Positions 11,612 through 23,239 of a stretch of DNA of 64,000 nt are shown piece after piece (position 1 is the stretch's first letter; each line of letters opens with the position of its first letter). A program made the position numbers and the translations under genes. The notes beneath the pieces are model-generated. The model was given only the letters and a program-made list of their open reading frames with translations, was not told where the DNA came from and searched no databases. Source of the stretch: Octopus vulgaris. Its lineage: Eukaryota. Where the stretch lies: the NCBI GenBank assembly GCA_951406725.2, contig OX597814.1:682001-746000 (forward strand), read 5' to 3'.

Positions 11612-11990
11612 ATGAGCTGATAGAATCGTTAGCACGCCTTAGCGGTACTTCGTCAGCCGTTACGTTCTGAGTTCAAATTCCGCCGAGATTGACTTTGCCT
11701 TTCATCCTTTCGGGGTCGATAAATTAAGTACCAGTTACACACTGGGGTCAATGTAATCGACTTAATCCGTTTGTCCTCATTGTGTTTAGCCCCTTGTGGG
11801 TAGTAAAGAAATAGATATTTCGTCAGCGGTTACGTTCTGAGTTCAAATTCCGCCGAGGTCTCGACTTTGCCTTTCGTTGATTAAATAAGTACCAGTAACA
11901 CACGAAGGTCGATGTAATCAACTTAATCCCTTTGTCTGTCCTTGTTTGTCCCCTCTATGTTTTAGCTCCCTGTGGACAATAAAGAAATAA
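11612..11990 (+). mobile_element. SINE family B, tandem dimer of the body
   Basis: GTTACGTTCTGAGTTCAAATTCCGCCGAG unit occurs twice about 170 bp apart. Confidence 0.85.
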
Positions 11991-12783
11991 ATATTACCCT
12001 GCTTGGAAATGGGGTGAAGATTATTGGCGGGAAGCGGATCCAGCTGTAGAAAATCTGCTTCACCGAATTCCATGCAAACATCCATGAGAAAGTGGACTTT
12101 AAAAGCGATGATGACAAATGGGATGATGACAAATGGGATGATGACGGTGATTGGATGATGATGTCCAACGCTTCCTTTATTTTTTCTCTCTCTTTCAAGA
12201 CGGTAGCGTCATGGAACGAACAAGGGAGGTTTGCCTGCTATTTCTAGCAGGTCGAGCGACCGCGCAGACGCTGCCAGTCACGGCATAGAAATAGAGGCAC
12301 AGGGATGCAAGGGAAAGGGCGAGACACATGTTTGGTGCATTTAGGGGGGGGGTGCAGCGTGTGCAGCGGCGATAGTGCAGCCGTGAATGCCAAGTGTGTT
12401 TACCGATGCAGTGAAGCAATGACAACATTAACATAATGTGTCATCACAAACTGTTTTTATTGTTGGACCGTTTCTAGTGAATAGGACACCATAGCATCCC
12501 CCCCTCCTCCCACCACCACCACCAGTCACTGCTATGGTGGCAACATATGATTTATTAAGTGAGTCTGTTGTCACGATGTCACATTTATGGTAAATGGCGA
12601 CAATTAATTAAGTCGACGTCCTCCAATTGAGAAAGGCTTCAATCCGTCGCCAATATAATGGCGTCTTTTTTTTTCGATAAGGCCGCCGCCGCCACCACCA
12701 CCACCGTTTCCCCTCTGAAATGTGTGCGTGTGTGTGTGTATGTATGTGCGTGTGTGTGTTTGTGTGTGTGCGTGCGTGTTTGT

Positions 12784-12818
<35 letters not shown>

Positions 12819-12834
12819 TGTGTGTGTGTGAGCT

Positions 12835-13142
12835 GGCGCTCCGTCGGTCGCAGCGATGACTGATCTAGTTGATCCGATCGACGGAAGAACCTGCTCAAGA
12901 AATCAATGTGCCGGAGGCTGAGCACTTCACAGACACGCGTAAGCGTAACGTAGTTCGTAGTTGTCAAGGAGATTCCGCGTGACACGGAATGTGTCAGACG
13001 AGGTCAGCTGTTTTGAAATAGACAAGGGCTGTTCATTTCCACCAGCTGAGTGGACTGGAATAACGTGACATGAAGTGTCTTGCTGAAGGACATAGTGCGC
13101 GCCCAGAAATCCAACCTTACGATCGAACACCACAAAGCCATG
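12835..13142 (-). mobile_element. tRNA-derived SINE family D
   Basis: Matches 17308-17630 and 24920-25045; GAGTGGACTGGA...TGAAGTGTCTTGCT core. Confidence 0.7.
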
Positions 13143-13888
13143 TGCTGCACATATAGACGTGTGTGTGTGCGTGTGTGCGTGTGCGTTCATGCGTGTGTGT
13201 TTGTGTGCGTATGTATGCGTGTGCGTGTTTGTGCGTGTATGTGTGCGTGTTTGCGTGTGTGTGCGTGTCTGTGTACGTAGATGTGCGTGTGTGTTTGTGT
13301 GGGTGCGTGTTTGCATGTGTGTGCGCGTGTTTGCATGTGTGTGCGTGTAACAGTGCGTGCGCGCGCTTGTGTGTGTGTGTGTGTAGCCTAATCATCTAAT
13401 TGTGGCATGTTTGTCGCAACCCTAAACTCCGTTTGTTCCTTATCACTGTTCGGCGCTGATATTGCTGTTCCTATTCCGACCAGGCAGTCCACTAGTGCAA
13501 CCTAATCACTAATGTTGATTGTTTTGTAGTCAAAGCTATGGCTTTGAATCTGTCCAGGGTTATCTCCCTTCGGTATTTCCCATTGACGAAGGCTAAAAAG
13601 CCAGAAGCACGCATCTGGGGATCTACCAGAGAGAAGCTCTCGATGTTTTCGCCCCTTCTTTTACCACAAGAGAGATTTTTTTTCCTCCACGGTAACTGCA
13701 GTGGATCTGCGTTTAAAAGTTAAAATGTGTCAAATGTATTTTAACTAACCTAAAATCCATGTATGCTTAATCCCTGCTTGGCGCTGATAATGCTACACAC
13801 ACACACACGCACACACTGGGCATTTTTTTTCGGACGAATGAAATGAGTACTCAATACATGTAAAAGACATTTTTTTAAAAATTGAAAT

Positions 13889-13992
13889 TGAAACTGAGAG
13901 TCTGTCTCCCATGTCGAGTTTCACACTACTGTGTTCTCGCCTGAAGATCGCAGTAGCATGAAACTTGGTTCACGAGACAAACTCCAGTTTCA
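13889..13992. other. 104-nt imperfect hairpin in otherwise unique sequence
   Basis: About 40 base pairs by eye with a 7-nt loop CGCCTGA. Confidence 0.8.
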
Positions 13993-14409
13993 CACACACA
14001 CACACACACACAGAGCTGGCGTACTTTAGGACTTTCCAAGCAAAATGCCTGAGAATCGGCTTGCAGATGATAACACTGTATGTCCGTCCGATCCATGTAA
14101 GCATGAAAAAGTAGATAATAAAAATGACAATGAATGCCCCAACCCCAAGGCGTATGCCTTAGCTCGACGCTCGGCGGCGGAATTCTGGGACGGCGACTCC
14201 GGCTAACGTCCCCCCCCCGCCTTGTTCAAAGACATCGAGACAAAAAGAATCGTTTGCTTACGACTCGAGTGACATATTAAGTAGAGCATCTTCCACACTG
14301 CGATCTATTGAGTTTCATCTCGCGAACGACATAATTCGCGAAAGAAATTAAGGCGGTGCTCCAGTATGACCATAATCAAAATGACTGAAACAAGTAAAAA
14401 AATAAATGA

Positions 14410-14463
<54 letters not shown>

Positions 14464-14554
14464 ATATATATATATATATATGTATATATATGTATATATA
14501 TATAATATATATATATAATATATAATATATGATATAAAATAAAATAAATAAATG

Positions 14555-14790
14555 GGCCCTTTTAAAGCCTAGCCAGGCTCATGGGCCCGGTTTCCCGGTT
14601 TCAATGGCGTATGTGTACCCCCACTGGACGGGACGCCAGTCCATCGCAGCGTTACTCATTTTTGCCAACTGAGTGGACTGGAGCAACGTGAAATGAAGTG
14701 TTTTTGCTCAAGAACACAACGCGTCGCCCGGTCCAGGAATCGAAGCCACAATCTTACGATCATGATGCTGACACCCTAACCACTAAGCTA
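14555..14790 (-). mobile_element. SINE family D variant
   Basis: Reverse tRNA-like head CCCTAACCACTAAGC and core GAGTGGACTGGAGCAACGTGAAATGAAG. Confidence 0.75.
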
Positions 14791-14827
14791 ACCTCCACAA
14801 TAATAATAATAATAATAATGATAATAA

Positions 14828-14862
<35 letters not shown>

Positions 14863-14915
14863 TATATAGAAGGAGCCACGCGCCTCCACAATAATAATAA
14901 TAATAATAATAATAT

Positions 14916-14980
<65 letters not shown>

Positions 14981-15029
14981 CGGTGCTCCAGCATGGCCGC
15001 AATCAAAATGACTGAAACAAGTAAAACAA

Positions 15030-15360
15030 GTATATATGTACCAAACTTTGACTTTAAAAGTTACACAAACAGTAGAACAAGGCGCTACTGCGTCGTACCA
15101 AATATTCCAGCATCGCCATCATGATAAAGATACTGCAACAACTTGGGTTCCAAGGACCCAACAGCTTTTCAATATCCTGCCACAAGGCCTAAGAGACCTA
15201 CATGCGGTGGATGTGTCTTCAAAACAAAATTGGATTTCCCCGCTGTTCAAGAGTTCCGGATGAGCCTACGTCGCCGCGGGAAACTCAGATGAGATGAGCA
15301 GCAGCATCAGACACCGTCAGTCACCAAATGTCACATATCGGAGGAGGTTTCAAGCTATGA
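15030..15360 (+). mobile_element. L2/Crack/CR1-group LINE ORF2 3' remnant
   Basis: Frameshifted peptides YCVVPNIP, QLFNILPQGLRDLH, FKTKLD, VPDEP. Confidence 0.65.
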
Positions 15361-15601
15361 AGGTACAACAAAGCTGACGGCAGTGGCCCGCGGCTCTCAG
15401 CGGATACTAATTAAAGACAGGTGAGAGAGAGATATAGCACACCTGATCAAGGTGTCTCGCATTAGAAGCAAACCAAGAACAAAGTGATTGCGAACCGAAC
15501 TTTTCTTTGATACATTTATGATTGGAATCGTATTCTATCCCAAGTCAATCGCGATAATCATAACCGTAATCATCCCGCCAGTTTCTATTATAGGGACTAC
15601 A

Positions 15602-15750
15602 ACACAAGTAAAGCAATCTTTCGGTATTGGTAGACATTCACCACACAATTTTCAATAATGACAGAGAAAGGGACTAAGCTGATAAAGAGAGTGAATGACA
15701 TCGTCTTCTTATACTGACATTCTTGGAGATCAATACCGAAGGATCACCAC
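15602..15750 (+). other. Structured element of about 145 bp, copy 1
   Basis: Direct homologue at 29548-29690; terminal stem ATCTTTCGGTATTGGT/ATCAATACCGAAGGAT. Confidence 0.75.
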
Positions 15751-16760
15751 GGCTAAATTTCGATATGAGTACATACTTGTCAAAAAACGCACGTGTATTT
15801 GTTTATGTTTCTGAAGAAGATCGTCGCTTTCCGTAAAAAAAATTTTTTTTTTAAATATATATGTGGGGGTGGGGGTGGAGAAGGAGATCCTTTGAAGTTG
15901 GCGTAAAAGAGAAAGAGAGAGAGAGCGATTGGATCAGGGATGTTCTTTTGAAGTTGGCGTGCCGTGTGTGTGTGTGTGTGTGTTTGATGGGGTGTGCGAG
16001 ACGGAAAGTGTGGTGTGTATGTGGTGCGGTTTTTAGGGAGATGTAGTTGCTATTTCTGGCGACTCGACATACCCGCACAACGTCTCCTTCGTTGGCTCAG
16101 GTTGTTGTTGTTGTTGCTGTTGGTCCTGATGAGTCACATCAGCAAATGTAACACCTGTGAAATCAGACAATAAACTGAGACAGGTATGGGGTGGGGGTGG
16201 GGGGGGTGAAGGCCGTTGTCATGGCGGCGGTGGATGCGGTGTGTTTAATAGCGTGTTGGTGAAGAAGGTGGGGAAGGTGTGTTGTTGTTGCTGGTGGTGG
16301 TGGTGGTGGTGGTGTCTGTAGTGAGGGGATGTCAGTAATGTTACTGGTTGTGATGTTGTTTAGCCCTAGCCCAACCTTGATCCAGTAAACCCACAACGAA
16401 GGTCATCCAACTCACCGCCATCTCTTTTCTCAACTCCCTATATTAGTAGTAGTTTGGGAGCATGCGCAGTAACAGCGCGCCTCTGCATCCACCAATCGGC
16501 GCCTTTGACATCACTCAGGCAATAACCGTCCACCAACCCATGGGTCTGTTTTGGGTAGTTGTTGCGCTTTTGAGGTCGGAGTGCAAATCCTACCTAAACC
16601 TCTTTTTAGTCGCCTTTTACGACAGGCACAAGAAACGTTGGACCTATTCTTTGATATGCCGATCCTCGAACAGCACTAGAGCAACGTAGAACGAAGTGTT
16701 TTGCTCAAGAACACAACACGATGTCCGGTCCGATCAATTAGTAAACACACGTTAGATTTT

Positions 16761-16962
16761 TCGGTGCCGGTGTAGTAGTTTGTGATCTACATGCCATTGT
16801 GACCATATTTTTTTGAGAAGACGAATTTTAGCTTCGAGCCACGACGGCGCAATGTTCTGCATACGTGTTCCATCTTGGCGATTAACACAGATCAAAAAGT
16901 CAGTGTAGATCACAAACTATACCAGAAACCTGTATGTATATCACATACTACACCGGCACCGA
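16761..16962. repeat. Inverted repeat / MITE-like foldback with split right arm
   Basis: 16761-16791 pairs with 16946-16962 plus 16904-16919. Confidence 0.75.
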
Positions 16963-17159
16963 TGTTTCTATAGACGCCTACAACGGAACTGTACCTCCTT
17001 GTTGTACCAATTTATAACTAAGCGAACTGAGCCATCGAATGCTAGAGTATCTTTGGTAAGATCCTACTACAGCCGTCACTTTACTTTCTGTAAAAGCAGC
17101 GATACTCACCCACCAATGGTGTTTTTCACAATTTTACCCCGGTATTATTATAGTCCGTA

Positions 17160-17630
17160 AAGGTACGTGGCCTAGGTGTTAGGGTGTTGCACTCACGGTC
17201 TTGCAATTGAGGTTTCGATTCCCTGGCCGGGCGGTGCATTGAATTCTTGAGCAAAACACTTCATTTCACTTGCTTCGGTCCACTCAGCTGTGAATGAGTA
17301 AAAACAGGTACTCCGTCGGTTGCAACGACGTGTGTTCCAGTCGATTTGATCAACGGAACAGCCTGCGCATGAAATTAATGTACAAGTGGCTGAGCACTCC
17401 ACAGACCCACGTGCTCTTAACATAGTTCTCAGGGAGATTCAGTGTGACACAGAATGTGACAAGGCTGGCCCATTGCATTACAGGTACAACTTATTCGTGC
17501 CAGCAGAGTGAACTGGAACAACATGAAATATAATGTCTTGCTCAAGGAAACAATGCGCCGCCGGATATCGAACTTATGACCTTACGATCCTGAACCGGAT
17601 ACCCTAACCACTAAGCCACGCGCCTTCACA
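17160..17630. mobile_element. Two SINE family D copies in inverted orientation
   Basis: Plus-strand head 17160-17300 (GTTTCGATTCC B-box); minus-strand copy 17308-17630. Confidence 0.75.
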
Positions 17631-17779
17631 CTGTAAATGATAAGTCTATACGCCATGGAAACCGGGTAACAGGTCCTACGAGTGTTGGGACTCGAGACAG
17701 TAATGTCCAATGTATTACATGGTCAGTCAGTCTCTCTCTTTGCACACACACTCACACTCACACTACGAGTAGTTACTTT

Positions 17780-18148
17780 GTCGTGACCGATGCCAGTGCC
17801 GCCTGACTGGCACCCGTGCCGGTGGCACGTAAAAAGCACCATTCGAGCATGACTGATACCAACCAGTGCAGCCTGACTGGGTCCCATACGGATGACACAT
17901 AAAAAAGCACCATTCGAGCATGACTGATATCAGTGCCGCCTGGCTGGCACCCGTGTCGGTGGCACGTAAAAAGCACCCACTACACTCTCAGAGTGGTTGG
18001 CGTGAGGAAGGGCATCCAGCTGTAGAAACCTTGCCAGACCAGATTGGTGCCTGGTGCAGCCTCCTGGCTTGCCAGTTCCCAGTCAAACCGTCCAATCCAT
18101 GCCAGCATGGAAAGCGGATGTTAAACAACGATGATGATGATGATGATG
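17780..18148 (+). mobile_element. Retroposon family C with internal subrepeats
   Basis: Three CCGTGCCGGTGGCACGTAAAAAGCACC-like units, then the (GAT)n tail. Confidence 0.85.
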
Positions 18149-18684
18149 AGTATTTGTTTTAAACCCTATGGACTCTGGGTTACGTTGATAATTAACAACA
18201 CATGAACATCACGGTCTCCAGTTCTGGAACTCATAGGGCTGATCGTCCAGTTTCCAGTGGACGAGATCAAAGCATTCCCCCCGATCAGAAGGTTTGTCCA
18301 TCAGAGAGAGAGGATCGCCTATTTATAGGTGAGTGTAGTGGAGCAACGTGGAACGAAGTGTCTTTTGCTCGAGAACACAGCGCATCGCTTGGACGAGGAT
18401 CTTTGCAATCGTGAGAGCAACACACCAACTACAGGACCATGCACCTTCACAACATCAATACAATGAAGATGAAAATTCGGAGGTCCAAACTAATGATGCT
18501 TGCACTTTTGTCTCAGCCAGGAATATTTCCTTTTTTGGCAATATTTGAAGACAAAATAATCTCGTGCTGTATTGTCTCTGATAAAGTGGTGGCAATCAGG
18601 TCAGTGTTGCTAATTAGCATCACGACTAGTGTAAAGTAATTACAATATTCAACAGTAACTTTACACCAGAGTTATTCAATGACA

Positions 18685-18698
18685 GCGACATCTGGCGG
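18685..18698 (-). promoter_or_regulatory. CTCF-like motif
   Basis: CCGCCAGATGTCGC matches CCASYAGRKGGCRS at 12/14 positions, in unique DNA. Confidence 0.3.
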
Positions 18699-18802
18699 GA
18701 AGAAACGTTGAGCTAGAATTTCAAAACAATCGGAGACAGAAATAATTCGCGGTTACACGAGTGAGTATTGTAGCCTATTTCATATACTCGCTCGATAATA
18801 AT

Positions 18803-18839
<37 letters not shown>

Positions 18840-19394
18840 GCCCTGATGCAGTACCAGGCAGTGGCTCTCGTGGCTTCTGATCTTAAACTGATTGCAAGTG
18901 TTATCATGTACATTGTTTTGTCTTGGTTTAAAAGATGGGCTACAGCAAATATTCTGCTCAATACCACAGATTTGCTTGTCAGTTGTTTGACCTTAACCAG
19001 TTGAGCATGTCCCTTAGTGGCTGACGATATGTGCATCTCTGATCATGAGCAGAAGTAGTAGCGGAGCATCATAGCCATGTGTTGAGAGGGATTCTTGGAA
19101 GTTTGGATAATTCCCCTCTGGAAACATGGGTGGTTCGTTCAACATCCTTAAACAACCCTTATTCAGGGACCTTTTGAGCGAGATGGGCTACTCAACCTGA
19201 AGAAAATTCTAACTGGGCCCCACCTGCAAGGTCATTTGCTGTTTATCTTGATATGAGATCACCATGTCGTGCACATATGGTTGTCATGCATGTGCCTAAT
19301 GTACCCTTATCAGACGGGTAGTCATGATGGGTATATTGGGCTTCATATATTTTACCCCAGTGTCACTTTGATGGCATGCACTGCTCTCTCATTC
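18840..19394 (+). mobile_element. Non-coding retroposon of about 555 bp inserted in (AAT)n
   Basis: Flanked by (AAT)n on both sides; same 3' end as 35689-36002 and 36103-36579. Confidence 0.8.
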
Positions 19395-19844
19395 AATAAT
19401 AATAATAATAATAGCCCCCAATAATAATAATAGCCAAATAACCCCCCCAAACCACACCCAATTTATAGGAAGGACACATAAGACAATGTTCTAAATATGC
19501 TCGTAAGTTTAGTGTAAGCTGCGGCCGGAATACCTTTGATGATTGCCATTGAAGTCAGTTACCGTGGTTCTCCATTTAGTGCGCTCACTAGCGTAGCTAG
19601 GGGAGGACGATCCCTCCTCCCAAGCGGCACTTTTAAAGGGACACCACTTTTGCGTCTGCTGTAGGCAATATGTTTTTTGTGAGTTTCGGGACCCGCAAAC
19701 AGAAGGTAGTAGCAGTGATGGTAAAGGTGTGGCTATTGGTGGTGGTGTCGGTGGGGGGAGGCGATAGTGGTGGTAGAGGAGGAGGTAATGGTGTTGTGCT
19801 GGTGTGTGTGTGTAGGGGTGGGGTAATTAGTATTGGTAGTGAGT

Positions 19845-20160
19845 GCGCCATTTCCTGCAGAAGACAGAAAGGTCTGGAACCCAGACAACTGAAGAAAGCC
19901 ATCGAGGAAATGGGCAGGGCAGCTGAAACTAGCTCAAGATGGCAGTGCGAGCGGGAACCCTTCCGTAGGGGAACACAAGCTCAGTCCTCGCTGCCTCACT
20001 CAGGTAAAGCAAACAGGCTAAGGTGGTGGGGTGCTTGCAACCCTGAGGATACCTGCTGACGATAGAGACGGGCTTCCAGCATTGCAATGGAATCTATAGG
20101 AGCTTACAAAACCTCGGAGTAGCTCCCGGGGTTTCTGCATAAGGCAAATCATCTCTGATG
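19845..20160 (+). mobile_element. Hero-like (RLE) non-LTR 3' remnant
   Basis: GLEPRQLKKAIEEMGRAAETSSRW resembles the Hero-clade C-terminal helix (recalled motif). Confidence 0.5.
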
Positions 20161-20233
20161 TTTATTTTACCAATTCGATCAAGGGTGACTTGGAGCTAAG
20201 TATCGTCATCATCATCATCAACAGTAGCAGCAG

Positions 20234-20595
20234 GAGGCGCAATGGCCCAGTGGTTAGGGCAGCGGACTCGCGGTCGGAGGATCGCGGTTTCGATTCCCAG
20301 ACCGGACGTTGTGTGTGTTTATTGAGCGAAAACACCTAAAGCTCCACGAGACTCCGGCAGGGGTTGGTGGCGACCCCTGTTGTACTCTTTCGCTCCAACT
20401 TTCTCTCACTCTTTCTTCCTGTTTCTTGTCCCCGACTTCCTACGCAACCGCTGAGCCTGGATGCGCATTCATCCATCCGTCGATGCTCTCGGTGTCGGGG
20501 GTTGACCTGCTTTCTCTTCTGCGGGTCTTACGAATAGCAAGGGACCACGTTTTGGACTTCTCCCACTAAAGGGATGAAGACCGCTTCGCTCAACA
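20234..20595 (+). mobile_element. tRNA(Arg)-like-headed SINE family E
   Basis: GGCGCAATGGCCCAGTGGTTAGGGCAGCGGACTCGCGG...GTTTCGATTCCC; second copy at 49114. Confidence 0.85.
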
Positions 20596-21868
20596 GCAAC
20601 AGCACCACCGCCACCACGGCAGTAGATTTATAGCGTCACTCACTCAAACCACACTCCACTCAGTCACACAACACTCCACTCACACTAGACACGCCACAAA
20701 TCCCCAATTCCTTCACATTTTCTTGGGAGATCACGTGACTTGACATTTCTGTTGCGGGACGCTCGCCTGTTAGTGGTACTGATGGCATTGGTGGTAGTAG
20801 TGATGGTACCAGACATGGTAGTAATGGTACTGAGTGTGGTGGTGGCGGTGGTGATGATGATAGCAAAGTGCCAATGATAATGGTGGTGGTGGTGGTGGTG
20901 GCGGTTGTTTTTGTAGTAGTCGTCGTCATAATAGTAGTAGTAACAGTAGTAGTAGTAGTAGTAGCAGCAGCAGCAGTTGTGAAGCTGATAGTGGTGGTGG
21001 TGGTGGGAGGGGGTAGATAACATATCCAGACGATAGACTCGAAACCGCTTAATCGCCACGTAAACGTCTGTAGTTGAAATGTCAAGTTGACCCTAGCCAG
21101 GTTTGAACTCAGACACTGAAGAATCACTGCCTGCCGTTTTACCGCGTCGACTGCAGTGAAGAGAGAGAGAGCACGGAGCTGTGGTTGCCACAGATGAAGC
21201 TTTCCTACATCTGTACAGTGGATATGTAACCATAGAGACGATGGCGGGGGGGAGGGGCTAATGGTAGTAATGGTGGCAGGAGTTGCGCTGGTGGTTGAGG
21301 TGACATTAAATTGTGGTAGTTGTGGTGGTAGTTTTGCTTGTGGTAAGTTTGAGGTAACGATGGTGGTGGTGGTGGTGGTGGTGGTGGTGGTAGCAGTGAT
21401 GGTAAAGACGTGGCTATTTGTGGTGGTGGTGGTGGTAGCGGCGATGGTGGTGATGGTGGTGGTGGTAGAGGAGGTAGTGGTATTGTGGTGGGGGGTAATT
21501 AGTCTTAGCCGTGGTGGCGCCGGTGGTAGTGACATGGTGAATGTTCAGTGTTTGAACTCCGGGTCAGTCCTGGATCAAACTGATCTAAGATAAAAAAAAA
21601 AACAAAAAAACATCCCGGCCGTGACCATCCCGTCTTATTCTAAATGTGCAGGGGATCCCGGGACGTTATATCTAATCTAATTTGTCCGTTTTTGTATTAA
21701 AGACGGTGGTGGGTTGATGGAGATTTAGCTGCTATTTTTAGCCGATCAAAGACTGCCATTAGAGACTCCTTCGTTGCCCCCCCCCCCAGTGACAGGTTGC
21801 GTGGGCGGTAGGAGGGGGGAGATAGTTGCGCTCAGTTGTTCTTGACCTGCAGGACTTGGAGAGCACAG

Positions 21869-21904
<36 letters not shown>

Positions 21905-22254
21905 AAGACCGTCGCCATCTCTATCACCACCGCAACCACCGCCTCAACTGCATCTCAGTCTTCACCACCACCACCTCTACTACCACCTCAACTACCTCCG
22001 CCACAACCACAACCGTCACCACTCTATCACAGCCAATCATTTCAATAGGGGAGCTTTCTTCCTTTGTCAGTCAGTCAGCCAACTCCCTCGACAAACTCTG
22101 TCCCCCTTTTTTTTTAAAATGCAAAATGGTTGGAACCACGTGTTTTATGACGACATGTGTCCCACATAATGTCGACGTGACCAGATTGCTGAACCAGCCG
22201 AATCCCGTCAAAACTGCGGCCTGTGTAGATACTGTATATATTTTTTATTCTTTT

Positions 22255-22453
22255 ATTTTTGGTTTTAGTCATGTGACTGCGGCTATGCTGGAGCACCGCC
22301 TTTAGTCGGACAAATCCACCCCGGGACTTATTCTTTGTAAGCCTAGTACTTATTCTATCGGTCTCTCTTGTTGCCGAACCGCTAAGTTACGGGGACGTAA
22401 ACACACCAACATCGGTAGTCAGGCGATGGTGGGAGACAAACACAGACACACAC

Positions 22454-22488
<35 letters not shown>

Positions 22489-22657
22489 AAGTTAATCCAA
22501 ACAACGAGGATGTGGAACAAATATAGTATTATTGGACGCTCAGGGAAGAAAGAGGGTATGACGTTTCGAGCGGAGCTCTTCGTCGGAAACATAGGAGAAA
22601 GAAAGACCCCGAGACGGGAGGACAGAGGAAAAAAATTGCAGGTAGTCTTCACGAGGT

Positions 22658-22693
<36 letters not shown>

Positions 22694-22850
22694 ATGGGGC
22701 TCCTTTCAGTTTCCGTCTACCAAATCCACTCACAACGCTTTAGTTGGGCCGAGGCTATAGTGGAAGGCACTTGCCCAAGGTGCCACGCAGTAGGACTGAA
22801 CCCGGAACCATGTGGTTGGGAAGCAAGCTTCTTACCACACAGCCACTCCT
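22255..22850 (-). mobile_element. SINE family A with a nested Penelope-type fragment (22488-22660)
   Basis: Insert lies within the SINE's internal (TA)n; minus-strand GTTT CCGACGA A GAGC tcc GCTC GAAAC GTC at 22555-22590. Confidence 0.8.
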
Positions 22851-23094
22851 ATATGTGTGTGTGTGTGTCTTTGTGTCTGTGTTTGTTCCCCACCACCGGT
22901 TAATAACTGCTGTTGGTGTGTTTACGTCCCAGTAAAAATTATCAGAATAAAGGGTTAAAGAATAGTTCGTGGGGTCGATTCGTTCAGCTAAGAATTTTTG
23001 ATGGCGGTGTGCTCCAGCATGGCCGCAGTCTTACCACCGAAACAAGTAAAAGATAGAAAGATAAGTTGACAGTTTACAAACACACACACACACA

Positions 23095-23163
<69 letters not shown>

Positions 23164-23239
23164 GTAGCTGACTGTATGTGTGTACACAGCTGATAGCGTG
23201 TGTGTGTGTGTGTGTGCATTTTTGTTTATATATTTTTTT

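Noticed and set aside
14150-14225. HDV-like ribozyme (GGGACG...GGCTAA CGTCCC)
   Set aside because: Only 14 nt between the putative P2 strands, too short for P3, P1 and P4
17780-17975. CRISPR-like repeat-spacer pattern with palindromic GTGCCGGTGGCAC
   Set aside because: The spacers are homologous to each other, the units are part of a dispersed retroposon, the context is eukaryotic, and there are no cas genes
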